Position numbers and translations under genes: made by a program. A stretch of 64,000 bases of DNA. Source: Halioglobus sp. (GTDB lineage: Bacteria; Pseudomonadota; Gammaproteobacteria; Pseudomonadales; Halieaceae). The stretch is from NCBI GenBank assembly GCA_039990395.1, contig JBDXFZ010000144.1:37469-101468 (forward strand). The letters run 5' to 3'. The notes beneath the pieces were generated by a model. That model worked only from the letters and a program-made list of their open reading frames with translations. It searched no databases and was not told where the DNA came from. Each line of letters opens with the position of its first letter. The stretch's first letter is position 1. Positions 30,694 to 40,083 of this stretch are shown here, piece after piece.

Positions 30694-32148
30694 TTATTGC
30701 CCGAGATCTATTTCGATCCTGGCTTTCAGGTCATTCAAAGCGACGTGATTTGCCAAGTATTCATTCGCGCTGAATGACTGAATAAGCGTTAGCAGATACT
30801 CCTTTTGCCGCTCACTCGTCATACGCGGCGCGGCAGTGAGGAGGTATTCGGCCAGCTGTTCCAGCCCAGCTTCAGCGTCGGCGTTGCGAGGATGCAACTC
30901 ATAGGCAGCCAGATAGTAGCGAGAAGCGCCATCCCAATCCTGTATTGCAGCTGACTTTTCACCCAAATCCATGGCGTTGTTAAACTCCGCCTGCTCAACT
31001 GCGGGTAGCTCTGCAAAAGGTATTGCCGGGCCTTCCGTCTGGGTTGACTGATACCCAAAGTAAGCCGAACTAATCGCGAGAACCAATACGGCAACGGCCA
31101 ACACCCGATTACGAATGGGAGTACCTTGGTACTCTCGCAAAAACTTCTCGGCAGACTCTGTGCGCGACTCGCGTTTGAGTGCAATAGCACGTTCAATCGC
31201 CTTCCACTGATGCCGCTTTATCTCCTTGATGGGCTCAGCGATCAATCCGCTCTTGAATGCCTCTTCAGCCGTTTTCCCATCGTAGGGATGATTGCCGGTG
31301 TAAAGCTGATAGGCGACCAAACCCAGGGCGTATACGTCGTCCGATGGCTGAGGGTCGTGCCCACCTTCGAGCATCTCCAGCGACGCATACCGCAATGTGA
31401 GCGCACCCAGGTCTCCCGCATCGAAGCTATCGCTTTGAGTCGCGCTGTCGACGATTCGTGCGATGCCGAAATCCAGCACCTTGACCCTGCCTTCATTTGT
31501 CACGAAGACATTGTCAGGCTTGAAATCCGAATGCACTACGCCATGCTGGTGGGCATAGGCTAACCCGTCGGCCATTTGTTCAATGAGTGCCGAAATGGTT
31601 GGCTTAAGATCTTCGGCAAACTCCAGCGACTTCCACTTGGATAGCGGCGCACCGTCAAGCAATTCCATCGTCATATAGACGCGGTCGCCATCACGATCAA
31701 AATCGTAAACTGTTAGAATATTCGGGTGAGCCAGCTGCTGGGATTTTTTGGCTTCGCGTTGAAGGCTGATGAGCGCCATGGGATGACGACTAAAATCTTC
31801 ACCCAGAAACTTGATCGCCAAATAGGGATTGTCGTCGTTTGCCTCTTCCTTGCGCAAATCGCGGGCTTTATAAATCTGCCCCTGACCACCCCGACCCAAA
31901 CGCTCCTCGAGTACAAACCGATCTTTGATCACAAACTCGTTTGAGCTTGCCTGCCGAGAACCGCTTTGCTCTGAGGCTGGTGAATCACCGATCTTGGTGA
32001 CTTCGCCGAGATCGACCACCAACTCTGTGCCAGGCTCAGTTAGCAAACCTGAGGGGTCTTCAGCGAACTCGGTAGGATTCACCTGAGTAAGATCCTCTTC
32101 GATCTCCTCTCCCGTTTTTTCGTCCGGCAAATCTTTTGAGTCTTTCAT
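30694..32148 (-). CDS. membrane Ser/Thr protein kinase (Hanks type, non-RD) with a periplasmic helical-repeat domain
   Basis: Gly loop LGRGGQGQIYKA and lysine motif LAIKFL. The catalytic loop is HSDFKPDNV (HRD replaced by HSD). DFG is present, followed by the TM VLAVAVLVLAISSAYFGY. Confidence 0.85.
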   Translation of the reverse strand: MKDSKDLPDEKTGEEIEEDLTQVNPTEFAEDPSGLLTEPGTELVVDLGEVTKIGDSPASEQSGSRQASSNEFVIKDRFVLEERLGRGGQGQIYKARDLRKEEANDDNPYLAIKFLGEDFSRHPMALISLQREAKKSQQLAHPNILTVYDFDRDGDRVYMTMELLDGAPLSKWKSLEFAEDLKPTISALIEQMADGLAYAHQHGVVHSDFKPDNVFVTNEGRVKVLDFGIARIVDSATQSDSFDAGDLGALTLRYASLEMLEGGHDPQPSDDVYALGLVAYQLYTGNHPYDGKTAEEAFKSGLIAEPIKEIKRHQWKAIERAIALKRESRTESAEKFLREYQGTPIRNRVLAVAVLVLAISSAYFGYQSTQTEGPAIPFAELPAVEQAEFNNAMDLGEKSAAIQDWDGASRYYLAAYELHPRNADAEAGLEQLAEYLLTAAPRMTSERQKEYLLTLIQSFSANEYLANHVALNDLKARIEIDLGQ

Positions 32149-32193
32149 ACGCCCTTTTTAGACCAGCTTATAGAATTGCACAACCAGAAAAGA

Positions 32194-33576
32194 TTACTCA
32201 ACCGCCGCCAGGGCCTCAGATAATTTCGATACCGCGGTTACCTGCATACCCTCGATTTTGCCTTTAGGCGCATTTCCTCTGGGTATTATCGCGCGCTTGA
32301 AGCCGTGTTTAGCCGCCTCTGACAGTCGCTCTTGACCACTGGGCACAGGGCGAATCTCACCAGACAAGCCCACCTCACCAAAAATCACCATATCTCGGGG
32401 CAACTGTCGATCGCGAAAGCTGGACACAATAGCCAACAGCAATGCCAGGTCGGCACTGGTCTCCAGTACCTTAACGCCGCCCACTACGTTCGCAAACACA
32501 TCCTGATCACCCACCTGCAAGCCGCCGTGACGATGTAAAACCGCCAGCAACATGGCCAGGCGGTTCTGCTCCAGACCCACTGCTACCCGTCTGGGGTTGC
32601 CCAGTTGGCTATCGTCTACCAACGCCTGTATTTCTACCAGTAGTGGTCGAGTGCCCTCCCAGACCACCATCACTGCTGAGCCCGATGCAGGGTCATCACT
32701 GCGGTCAAGAAAAATGGCTGAGGGATTTTTAACCTCGCGCATGCCTCGGTCAGTCATGGCAAAAATACCCAGCTCATTGACCGCGCCAAACCGGTTTTTC
32801 TGTCCTCGCAATGTCCTGAAGCGGGAGTCGTCGCTACCCTCAAGCAAAATGGAGCAGTCGATCATATGTTCAAGTACCTTGGGGCCTGCGAGGCTACCAT
32901 CTTTGGTGACGTGGCCAACCAGAAACAGCACCATGCCTGTTTGTTTAGCATATCGCGTGAGATAGGCTGCGCATTCGCGCACCTGAGAGACACTACCGGG
33001 GGCCGAGGCTATCTCGTCGGTATGAACAACCTGAATTGAGTCGACCACAAGCACCTTGGGCTTGTATTCCTCAGCCGCCGCCACAATTGCCTCTACATTG
33101 GTCTCGGACATTAGCCGAAGTCGATCTGCTGGCAGAGCCAGGCGCTGTCCTCGCATAGCAATCTGCTGCAGCGACTCTTCGCCCGTGATGTACAGAGCTT
33201 CCATGGTCTGCGCCAAATGACACATTGTTTGGAGCAGCAACGTACTCTTGCCCGCTCCGGGGTTACCGCCGATAAGAATGGCCGAGCCCGGTACCAGACC
33301 GCCGCCCAGCACGCGGTCGAACTCCTCTGCCCCGCTCGTAAAGCGAGGCAAATCTTCAAAATTGATATCTTGTAGAACCTGCGCCTGCGCCAATTTACCT
33401 GCAAACCCTGCCCGATTAGCGCCCGCTCCTGCCCCAGCTCTACCGGAACCCTTGGCGGGTCCGAGTCTGATTTCGGTCAGCGTATTCCAAGCACCGCAAT
33501 CGTTACATTGGCCCTGCCACTTACTGTAATCTGAGCCACAATCGTTGCACACGAAGGCTGTTTTCTGCTTTGCCAT
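32194..33576 (-). CDS. radA: DNA repair protein RadA
   Basis: Zn finger FVCNDCGS..CNDCGAW, Walker A GGNPGAGKST, KNRFG motif and Lon-like C-terminus. Start set at MAKQKTAF. Confidence 0.92.
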   Translation of the reverse strand: MAKQKTAFVCNDCGSDYSKWQGQCNDCGAWNTLTEIRLGPAKGSGRAGAGAGANRAGFAGKLAQAQVLQDINFEDLPRFTSGAEEFDRVLGGGLVPGSAILIGGNPGAGKSTLLLQTMCHLAQTMEALYITGEESLQQIAMRGQRLALPADRLRLMSETNVEAIVAAAEEYKPKVLVVDSIQVVHTDEIASAPGSVSQVRECAAYLTRYAKQTGMVLFLVGHVTKDGSLAGPKVLEHMIDCSILLEGSDDSRFRTLRGQKNRFGAVNELGIFAMTDRGMREVKNPSAIFLDRSDDPASGSAVMVVWEGTRPLLVEIQALVDDSQLGNPRRVAVGLEQNRLAMLLAVLHRHGGLQVGDQDVFANVVGGVKVLETSADLALLLAIVSSFRDRQLPRDMVIFGEVGLSGEIRPVPSGQERLSEAAKHGFKRAIIPRGNAPKGKIEGMQVTAVSKLSEALAAVE

Positions 33577-33679
33577 TCCAATCCCTGATGAATTTTTCTT
33601 TAACTGCTGTTCGTCCCGCGGCAAGCTGGGTATCCTAGCAGACTTCGTTGTGTACTCGTTGCACCTTTACGGTCATATC

Positions 33680-34807
33680 ATGTCAGATTCTTCCATCGTT
33701 CCTGAGCGCCAGCTGGTCTTTTCACCCGGCCTGGCAGCGACTATCGGGCTGGAAGAGGCTATTTTACTGCAACACCTGCAGACCCTGTTCGAGCACAGGG
33801 CCTCACAGGCCAGAAATGGCTATGCCTGGATCACTGTAGAAAGAGACTACCTGCTTGGCAGCTTGCCATTCTGGGGCGCCGTTGATTTGCATCGCATCAC
33901 CCGCAGCCTGACAGACAAAGGGGTGATCCTGATGGACTCACCACCACTGCATTCAGAGCATCAACTGGTGTTTGCGCTCAACGAACCTATCAACGCACCC
34001 CCTGAGAAGAGGCAGCCCGTTGCAGAAGCCGCCCCCCAGCGACGCTCGGCAGGCTTGCTGTCCGCCAACTGGTCGCCCAGCGACGAGATGTTTGAACTGC
34101 TCACGCTAAACCACAATATCCCCAGACAGTTTGCTGTGGACCAACTGGAAGACTTTATCCTTTACTGGCGCGAGCGCGGTGAGACGCATCACGCTTGGGA
34201 GAACAAGTTTCGCCAGCAAGTACTCAGCAGTTGGCGCCATCACCAGCAACAAGAGGCGCAATCATTCAAGATCAAACCACCAGCGTCTTTAGACAGTCAC
34301 TGGCAACCTAGCCGGGACGCGATGGATATTATGGAGCGCTCTGGAATCGATCCACACTTTATTGCAGACGCAATACCCGAGTTTGTACTGTATTGGCGTG
34401 AACGCGGTGATGCACCAAAAGGACTCAACTCCAAATTCATTCAACACATCCGTATCCAGTGGGCACGCTTTAGCTCAAGCATGGAACACAGCACAGAGCC
34501 CAAGCGCATCTCCGAGCAGTTTCAGCCTACCGAAGACACACTGGATATTCTGCGAATGTGTCATATAGACCCCGAATTTGCGCGCGCCATGGTACCCGAG
34601 TTCGTACTGTATTGGCGGGACTCCAACAAACTACACACATCATGGAACAGCAAATTCCTTCAGCATGTAAAATACAAATGGGCAGAACGCCTTAAGCAGG
34701 AACAACAGAGACAAAACCATGGCGGACAGCAAGGATCTCATTCAACAGGTCGCACTCGGGATAGAAGTCTCGCAGACGACCTCAGCGACACCTCCTGGGC
34801 AGACTGA
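33680..34807 (+). CDS. replication-associated protein with an N-terminal winged-helix-like region and three tandem DnaT-type domains
   Basis: Three repeats of W.PS.....L....I......L.EF.LYWRERG......W..KF..H. Compare the E. coli DnaT C-terminus WQPDADFIRLAALWGV...[24 protein letters not shown]. Start set at MSDSSIV (33680). Confidence 0.6.
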   Translation: MSDSSIVPERQLVFSPGLAATIGLEEAILLQHLQTLFEHRASQARNGYAWITVERDYLLGSLPFWGAVDLHRITRSLTDKGVILMDSPPLHSEHQLVFALNEPINAPPEKRQPVAEAAPQRRSAGLLSANWSPSDEMFELLTLNHNIPRQFAVDQLEDFILYWRERGETHHAWENKFRQQVLSSWRHHQQQEAQSFKIKPPASLDSHWQPSRDAMDIMERSGIDPHFIADAIPEFVLYWRERGDAPKGLNSKFIQHIRIQWARFSSSMEHSTEPKRISEQFQPTEDTLDILRMCHIDPEFARAMVPEFVLYWRDSNKLHTSWNSKFLQHVKYKWAERLKQEQQRQNHGGQQGSHSTGRTRDRSLADDLSDTSWAD

Positions 34808-35390
34808 GCGTAGCCACAACACCACCGGCGAAAGTCACGTTGAGGCAATCAACCAGGTGTTCGCGTTATTCAGGCTCAACTATCACAACCAGTACTACGC
34901 CGCGTATCCGGATGCCGAGCAGCTCGCCCAAATAAAGAAGCTGTGGCTGGAATCCTTGCGGGATTATCACGTTGAGCAGATTCTCAAAGGTGCAAAACAC
35001 GCCATCGAGCACAGTGAATACCTACCCACATTGCATCGCATGCACGAGTGCTGTCAGCACGGACTGGGAGAGCTCGGACTACCTACCGCACATGATGCCT
35101 ACATGGAGGCCTGCAAGGCGCCCTCCCCCAAATCCGCGCAGAACTGGAGTCATCCGGCGGTCTATCTCGCGGGACGAGACAGTGATTGGTTTTTTCTTGC
35201 CAACAATCAAGAACGCCAAACGTGGCCCGTATTCAGGGATCATTATCAGGGTTATTGCGCGCGGGTTTTACAGGGCGAATCGCTGGTGGTCCCTGCACCT
35301 GAGTCATTGGAAAAGAAGGTCGATAAGCCTATGACCAAAGAAGAACAACTGGCTGCTCTGAAAAACTTACGCCGCAAGAGCGGTCTTTAA
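34719..35390 (+). CDS. phage lambda P-like replication (DnaB-helicase loader family) protein
   Basis: 223 aa, colinear with lambda P by eye. INQVFALF..IKKLWLESL..LPTLHRMHECC matches INGVFSQL..IRRQWVLAF..LPSPGQFVAWC, followed by GLP..., and both have a basic C-terminus. Overlaps the upstream gene by 89 nt. Confidence 0.6.
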   Translation: MADSKDLIQQVALGIEVSQTTSATPPGQTERSHNTTGESHVEAINQVFALFRLNYHNQYYAAYPDAEQLAQIKKLWLESLRDYHVEQILKGAKHAIEHSEYLPTLHRMHECCQHGLGELGLPTAHDAYMEACKAPSPKSAQNWSHPAVYLAGRDSDWFFLANNQERQTWPVFRDHYQGYCARVLQGESLVVPAPESLEKKVDKPMTKEEQLAALKNLRRKSGL

Positions 35391-35411
35391 CCGAGGTAAC
35401 GCCGTGCTGTA

Positions 35412-36842
35412 TCAATACTCGTCGTAGCTACCGCGGGCGAGATTATCGAAGCGAGTGTACTGGCCCACGAAGGCCAAACGGGCAGTACCTATTGGTCCAT
35501 TACGCTGCTTGCCAATAATGATCTCTGCCGTGCCCTTGTCCGGCGAATCTTCGTTATAAACCTCATCGCGATAGATAAACATGATGACGTCCGCATCCTG
35601 CTCGATCGCACCTGATTCGCGCAGATCTGAGTTTACCGGGCGTTTGTTGGGTCGCTGCTCCAGCGAACGATTCAGCTGCGACAATGCCACCATGGGGCAT
35701 TTGAATTCTTTCGCGATCGCCTTCAGGTTTCGGGAAATCTCGGAGATCTCTGCAGTTCGACCCTCTGATGATCCTGCTATTTGCATCAACTGCATATAAT
35801 CCACCATGATCATACCCAGCTGCCCGTGCTCTCGGTGAATACGTCGGGCCCGGCTGCGCAGCTCCGTGGGCGTCAAGGCTGCCGTATCATCAATAAACAA
35901 TGGCACGTCTTTGAGCTTACTGACGGCCGCGCTGAGCTTTGGCCAATCTTCCTGCTCCAGCTTGCCATTACGGATGCGTGTCTGATCGATCTTGCCTACT
36001 GACGACAGAATACGAATCACCAATTGCTCTGCCGGCATCTCCATACTAAACACAAGAATGGGTTTGTCTTGTGCTAGTACGGCGTTCTCAACCAGGTTCA
36101 TCGCAAAACTGGTTTTACCCATAGAAGGTCTGCCCGCAACAATCACCAGATCGGACGGCTGCAAACCGGAAGTCATGCCGTCGAGATCAGTAAAGCCGGT
36201 GGACAGGCCGGTAATATCGCCACCCGAGTTGAAGAGCTCTTCTATGCGATCCACCGCACCCTGCAACAGCGGGTTTACTTCCTTTGGACCGCCCGCCTTA
36301 GGGCCCTGCTCGGAAATCTGCATGATGAGGCGCTCTGCCTCATCAATTAGCTCACCTGATGTGCGCCCTTCGGGGTTAAAGCCGCTCTCGGCGATATCTT
36401 GAGCCGCCTCGATCAGTTTGCGTAAACTCGCGCGCTCGTTCACCACCTGGCCATAGGCACGAATATTGGAGGCGCTGGGAGTGTTCTTGGCCAGTTCTGC
36501 CAAGTAGTTCAATCCGCCCGCAGCATCCAACTCACCACTGGCTTCAAGCTTGTCTGCAACAGTGATCACATCCACTGGCTCGGCAGCTTCGGCAAGCTTG
36601 GCTATCTGTTTAAAGATGAGGCGATGGTCGGGGCGATAGAAATCTGAGGAAGCGACAGTCTCTGCAACCGAATCCCACGCTTCTGCGCTGAGCAACAACC
36701 CACCCAGCACGGACTGCTCGGCCTCTATAGAGTGGGGCTGCATCTTGATGCGAGCCACGTCACCGTCTGCAGAATACGGCAGTTCAGAGACGTTGTCGGG
36801 GTAATCAGTATCGGCCATGACGGGCTTTACTCGCTTGGGCAC
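35412..36842 (-). CDS. dnaB: replicative DNA helicase DnaB
   Basis: 476 aa with PHSIEAEQSVLGGLLL, Walker A AGRPSMGKTSFA and SQLNRSLEQR. Confidence 0.93.
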   Translation of the reverse strand: MPKRVKPVMADTDYPDNVSELPYSADGDVARIKMQPHSIEAEQSVLGGLLLSAEAWDSVAETVASSDFYRPDHRLIFKQIAKLAEAAEPVDVITVADKLEASGELDAAGGLNYLAELAKNTPSASNIRAYGQVVNERASLRKLIEAAQDIAESGFNPEGRTSGELIDEAERLIMQISEQGPKAGGPKEVNPLLQGAVDRIEELFNSGGDITGLSTGFTDLDGMTSGLQPSDLVIVAGRPSMGKTSFAMNLVENAVLAQDKPILVFSMEMPAEQLVIRILSSVGKIDQTRIRNGKLEQEDWPKLSAAVSKLKDVPLFIDDTAALTPTELRSRARRIHREHGQLGMIMVDYMQLMQIAGSSEGRTAEISEISRNLKAIAKEFKCPMVALSQLNRSLEQRPNKRPVNSDLRESGAIEQDADVIMFIYRDEVYNEDSPDKGTAEIIIGKQRNGPIGTARLAFVGQYTRFDNLARGSYDEY

Positions 36843-36876
36843 AACAGACTAACGAAATTTGGCTGGGTTGCGAAGC

Positions 36877-36917
36877 AAAATCAAAAAATGCACCGGAACT
36901 TGCGCTCGGGTGCATTT
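36877..36917 (-). terminator. rho-independent terminator downstream of rplI
   Basis: The minus strand reads aaatgcaccc-gagcgcaagttcc-ggtgcattt (9-bp stem) followed by tttgatttt. Confidence 0.5.
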
Positions 36918-36974
36918 CTAGATTCATCCAGCCGCTGCCAACACTGTTGGCAGAAACCTATGAGGGGCGTGCAG

Positions 36975-37424
36975 TTACTCAGGTACGACCGCTACGACGA
37001 CCATGGCAGACACATCGTGGTGTACCGCAATGGCAACTTCGTACTCACCCAGCTCACGCAATGCGCCATCTGGAAGGCGAACTTCAGACTTATCAACTTC
37101 GGTGCCTGCCGCAGTAAGAGCATCGGCGATGTCACGAGTACCAATAGATCCGAAGAGCTTACCCTCTTCACCTGCATTAGCTTCTATCGTCAGCAGGCCG
37201 AACCCGTTGATCGCTTCAGCACGAGTCTCAGCAGCAGCCAAAACAGTTGCAGCCGCAGCTTCCAGCTCTGCACGGCGAGCTTCAAACTCCACCAGGTTGG
37301 CCGCAGTTGCTGCAACAGCCTTGCCCTGAGGGATCAAAAAGTTGCGTCCGTAGCCAGACTTAACATTTACCTTGTCACCCAGGCCACCCAGGTTGCCGAT
37401 ATTCTCCAGCAGAATGACTTCCAT
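36975..37424 (-). CDS. rplI: 50S ribosomal protein L9
   Basis: 149 aa starting [37 protein letters not shown]. Confidence 0.95.
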   Translation of the reverse strand: MEVILLENIGNLGGLGDKVNVKSGYGRNFLIPQGKAVAATAANLVEFEARRAELEAAAATVLAAAETRAEAINGFGLLTIEANAGEEGKLFGSIGTRDIADALTAAGTEVDKSEVRLPDGALRELGEYEVAIAVHHDVSAMVVVAVVPE

Positions 37425-37464
37425 CTCACTTACCTCTGTTCGGGGGAGCTCGCTCCCGCGTTAA

Positions 37465-38334
37465 TCAATTCGTATCGGGTGGCTGCTGCCAGCGCTGTCG
37501 AAAATCGAACCAGCTATCGGCTATTGCTGCAAATACCACCATCATTTTGACCGGGTCAAACAGCAGCCAAGCGAGGTAAAACCCCGTCAACCACCCTGTG
37601 CCCTGGCCACGCGCTTTCACGCGCGCATGTACTAGCGCCAGTCCCGCAAAGTTCAAAGGCATCACGCCGATGACTGCCCAGGTGCGGTACTCCACACCAA
37701 GACTGGCAACACCCACTGCGATTAATGCCAATAAACCAGCAATCGCAGGAGCAAAACGCAATTGGCGAAACTCATCACCAAAACCGTTGGGGTTATACAA
37801 CGCAGCCTGCCAGTATCGTCCTAACAACAGGCACAACACTGATACCGCGGCATTACCCGCCCCCATCAGGCCCGCCACTTGTATTGCGGTAGGCCGGGGT
37901 AAAACTACATTCTGCTCGGACTGGATAGAGGCTTGCTGCTCCAGCTGGGCAAGGAAGTCACTGAATATCGCAACTACCTGCTGCAGGAACTCCCCGCCAA
38001 ACACTATCAGCACCAGCCCGGTACCTACTCCCACCGCGACGCTACACAATAACGCCAGTGAAAGGCTCACTGTTTCTCTTAACACGACCGCGAGCAGCAT
38101 TGTGCCCAGCAATAATGTTAGTGGGCCGCTGTCGCCAAAGGCATACAGCAGTACGCCGGCGGGCAGCAACGCCCAAAGCAAAAGCCAAGCACCCTGTGCC
38201 GTGCCCTTACGCAATGTGACCAGTGCAATCACTGCGGCACTGATCCAACAAAACATCAAGCTTCCAGCGCCCGCTACCACCAGTAGCAAGGCCTGAAAGC
38301 GACCACGCATAACGAATTCCGCCAGACTCTTCAT
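37465..38334 (-). CDS. conserved polytopic membrane protein between rpsR and rplI
   Basis: 289 aa with multiple TM helices. It occupies the same position as the hypothetical membrane gene in the Pseudomonas rpsF-rpsR-x-rplI cluster. Confidence 0.6.
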   Translation of the reverse strand: MKSLAEFVMRGRFQALLLVVAGAGSLMFCWISAAVIALVTLRKGTAQGAWLLLWALLPAGVLLYAFGDSGPLTLLLGTMLLAVVLRETVSLSLALLCSVAVGVGTGLVLIVFGGEFLQQVVAIFSDFLAQLEQQASIQSEQNVVLPRPTAIQVAGLMGAGNAAVSVLCLLLGRYWQAALYNPNGFGDEFRQLRFAPAIAGLLALIAVGVASLGVEYRTWAVIGVMPLNFAGLALVHARVKARGQGTGWLTGFYLAWLLFDPVKMMVVFAAIADSWFDFRQRWQQPPDTN

Positions 38335-38383
38335 TCTATATCTGCAAGCCTGAGCAGAGCGTCAGCGCGGGATCCGCAACTTC

Positions 38384-38611
38384 TTACTGGTGAGCATCCG
38401 TATAAGGCAACAGTGCCAGGAAACGCGCGCGCTTCACTGCTGTTGCCAGCTGACGCTGATACTTGGCCTTAGTGCCAGTGATGCGGCTAGGTACAATCTT
38501 GCCAGTCTCTGATACGTACGCCTTCAGCGTATCCAGATCCTTGTAATCAATCTCTTTCACGCCTTCGGCGGTGAAACGACAAAACTTACGGCGGCGGAAA
38601 AAACGTGCCAT
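38384..38611 (-). CDS. rpsR: 30S ribosomal protein S18
   Basis: 75 aa starting [25 protein letters not shown]. Confidence 0.95.
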   Translation of the reverse strand: MARFFRRRKFCRFTAEGVKEIDYKDLDTLKAYVSETGKIVPSRITGTKAKYQRQLATAVKRARFLALLPYTDAHQ

Positions 38612-38659
38612 GGTGTGACTCCTTGAAATTCTCAGTATTCGTTACGAGCTAGGCGCTTA

Positions 38660-39121
38660 CTATTCAGCAGCCGGTTCTTCACTCGCGGCTTCTTCAGCGG
38701 GTGCTGCTTCTGGCGCTGGCTTGGCAGCTTCGGTGCGCTCACTGCGCGCAGAATCGGCCGCTTGGCGCTCTTCGTAACGGCTCTTGCGCTCGCGATGCTC
38801 TTTCTCGGCCTTCATGATGAAGGATTCGTCAGTCACTGACTCGTCGCGACGGATAACCAGGTTGCGGATAACAGCATCGTTGAAACGGAAGGTGGTAGTC
38901 AGTTCTTCCATTGCTTCGTTAGACGCTTCCACGTTCATGAGAACGTAGTGTGCCTTGTGGATTTTGTTGATTGGGTAGGCCAACTGACGACGACCCCAGT
39001 CTTCCAGACGATGAACTGTGCCGCCGTCTTTCTGAATTGCACTGGAGTAGCGCTCGACCATGCCGGGCACTTGCTCAGACTGGTCCGGATGAACCATGAA
39101 TACGATTTCGTAATGACGCAT
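38660..39121 (-). CDS. rpsF: 30S ribosomal protein S6
   Basis: 153 aa starting [18 protein letters not shown], with an Ala/Glu/Pro-rich C-terminal tail. Confidence 0.95.
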   Translation of the reverse strand: MRHYEIVFMVHPDQSEQVPGMVERYSSAIQKDGGTVHRLEDWGRRQLAYPINKIHKAHYVLMNVEASNEAMEELTTTFRFNDAVIRNLVIRRDESVTDESFIMKAEKEHRERKSRYEERQAADSARSERTEAAKPAPEAAPAEEAASEEPAAE

Positions 39122-39226
39122 TTTTAAGCTCCTTACGGGTTAATGCTACCCATCAATCCAACAGGAAAGCGGTGTAGCAAGGAGGATCGACCACCAGAGG
39201 TAGTCGGGCAAATTTTGAGGAGCGGG

Positions 39227-39255
39227 ATTCTACAGGCTATCGGACAGCGCTGCAA
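39227..39255 (-). promoter_or_regulatory. candidate sigma70 promoter for rpsF-rpsR
   Basis: The minus strand reads TTGCAG-N17-TAGAAT about 105 nt upstream of the rpsF ATG. Confidence 0.4.
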
Positions 39256-39306
39256 GGCGCGATTCAAAGCCGCTTTTTAGCGTCTTCGAGGAGAAGCTGT
39301 GGGGCA

Positions 39307-40062
39307 CTAGCCTCGTTGGCGCACTGCCTCAAACAGGCAGACCCCGGTGGCGACAGACACATTGAGACTGCTCACATCTCCGGCCATGGGCAGGTTTACA
39401 AGAAAATCGCATTCTTGCCGTGTTAAACGCCTCAAGCCGGCACCCTCCGCCCCCATGACCAGCGCCATTGGGCCGGTTAAGTCACTGTCATATATAGATT
39501 TTTCAGCCTCACCCGCTGTACCAAACAACCAGACCCCGCGCTCTTTTAATGCTGCTAATGTTCTGGCTAGATTGGTCACCCGAGCAAATGGAATGGTCTC
39601 CGCGGCACCACACGCCACTTTCCGGGTGGTTGGGTTCAGGTCGGCAGACTTGTCTTTTGGCACTATCACCGCATCGACGCCTGCGGCGTCTGCACTCCGT
39701 AGACACGCACCCAGGTTGTGGGGGTCGGTGACGCCGTCGAGTACTAACAACAGACAAGGCCCACTTTTGGCATCAACCAGGCGCAGCAGCTCTGCCTCGC
39801 TGATGGTGTTCCCCTGCCCATCGTCACTTGTACCGGATTGGCTTACCGTTTGGGCTACCACGCCCTGATGCCGACCCTGCACTCTCGCATCGAGTGCCTT
39901 ACGCGGTTCACGACTCACGGGTACACCCTGGTTTGTCGCCAGCGCTAACAATCCGGCTATGCGCTTATCTTCCCGGCCCTGCTGCACCCAAAGCTGCTGC
40001 ACCGCTCTGGGGTTATTGCGCAGCAAACCGTCAACCGCGTGAATGCCGTAAATGTACTGCAT
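39307..40062 (-). CDS. rlmB: 23S rRNA (guanosine-2'-O)-methyltransferase RlmB (SpoU family)
   Basis: 251 aa. SpoU motifs LDGVTDPHNLGACLRSA and LVMGAEGAGLRRLT..NLPMAG..SLNVSVA. Adjacent to rnr. Confidence 0.88.
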   Translation of the reverse strand: MQYIYGIHAVDGLLRNNPRAVQQLWVQQGREDKRIAGLLALATNQGVPVSREPRKALDARVQGRHQGVVAQTVSQSGTSDDGQGNTISEAELLRLVDAKSGPCLLLVLDGVTDPHNLGACLRSADAAGVDAVIVPKDKSADLNPTTRKVACGAAETIPFARVTNLARTLAALKERGVWLFGTAGEAEKSIYDSDLTGPMALVMGAEGAGLRRLTRQECDFLVNLPMAGDVSSLNVSVATGVCLFEAVRQRG

Positions 40063-40083
40063 TAGATAATCATCCAGCTTTTT

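Noticed and set aside
33545-33679. N-terminal extension of the DnaT-like ORF (MHTKAVFCFAIPIP...). Similar upstream extensions occur for radA (33577-33624), the ATP-grasp gene (50546-50638) and the GGDEF gene (58101-58214).
   Set aside because: The extensions are hydrophobic or low-complexity, overlap divergent promoter regions or neighbouring genes, and precede internal Met codons that match the family N-termini.
36732-37550. 272-aa plus-strand ORF. Similar long ORFs occur at 37598-38296, 42685-43317, 45691-46233, 61648-62400, 17318-17866, 7484-7978 and 3442-3978.
   Set aside because: All lie antisense to, or out of frame with, strongly supported genes (rplI/dnaB, the membrane protein, the RND pump, wzc, the DUF336 gene, the FHA gene and glyA). 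Their translations are low-complexity Arg/Ser/Pro/Ala-rich shadow-ORF products with no motifs.
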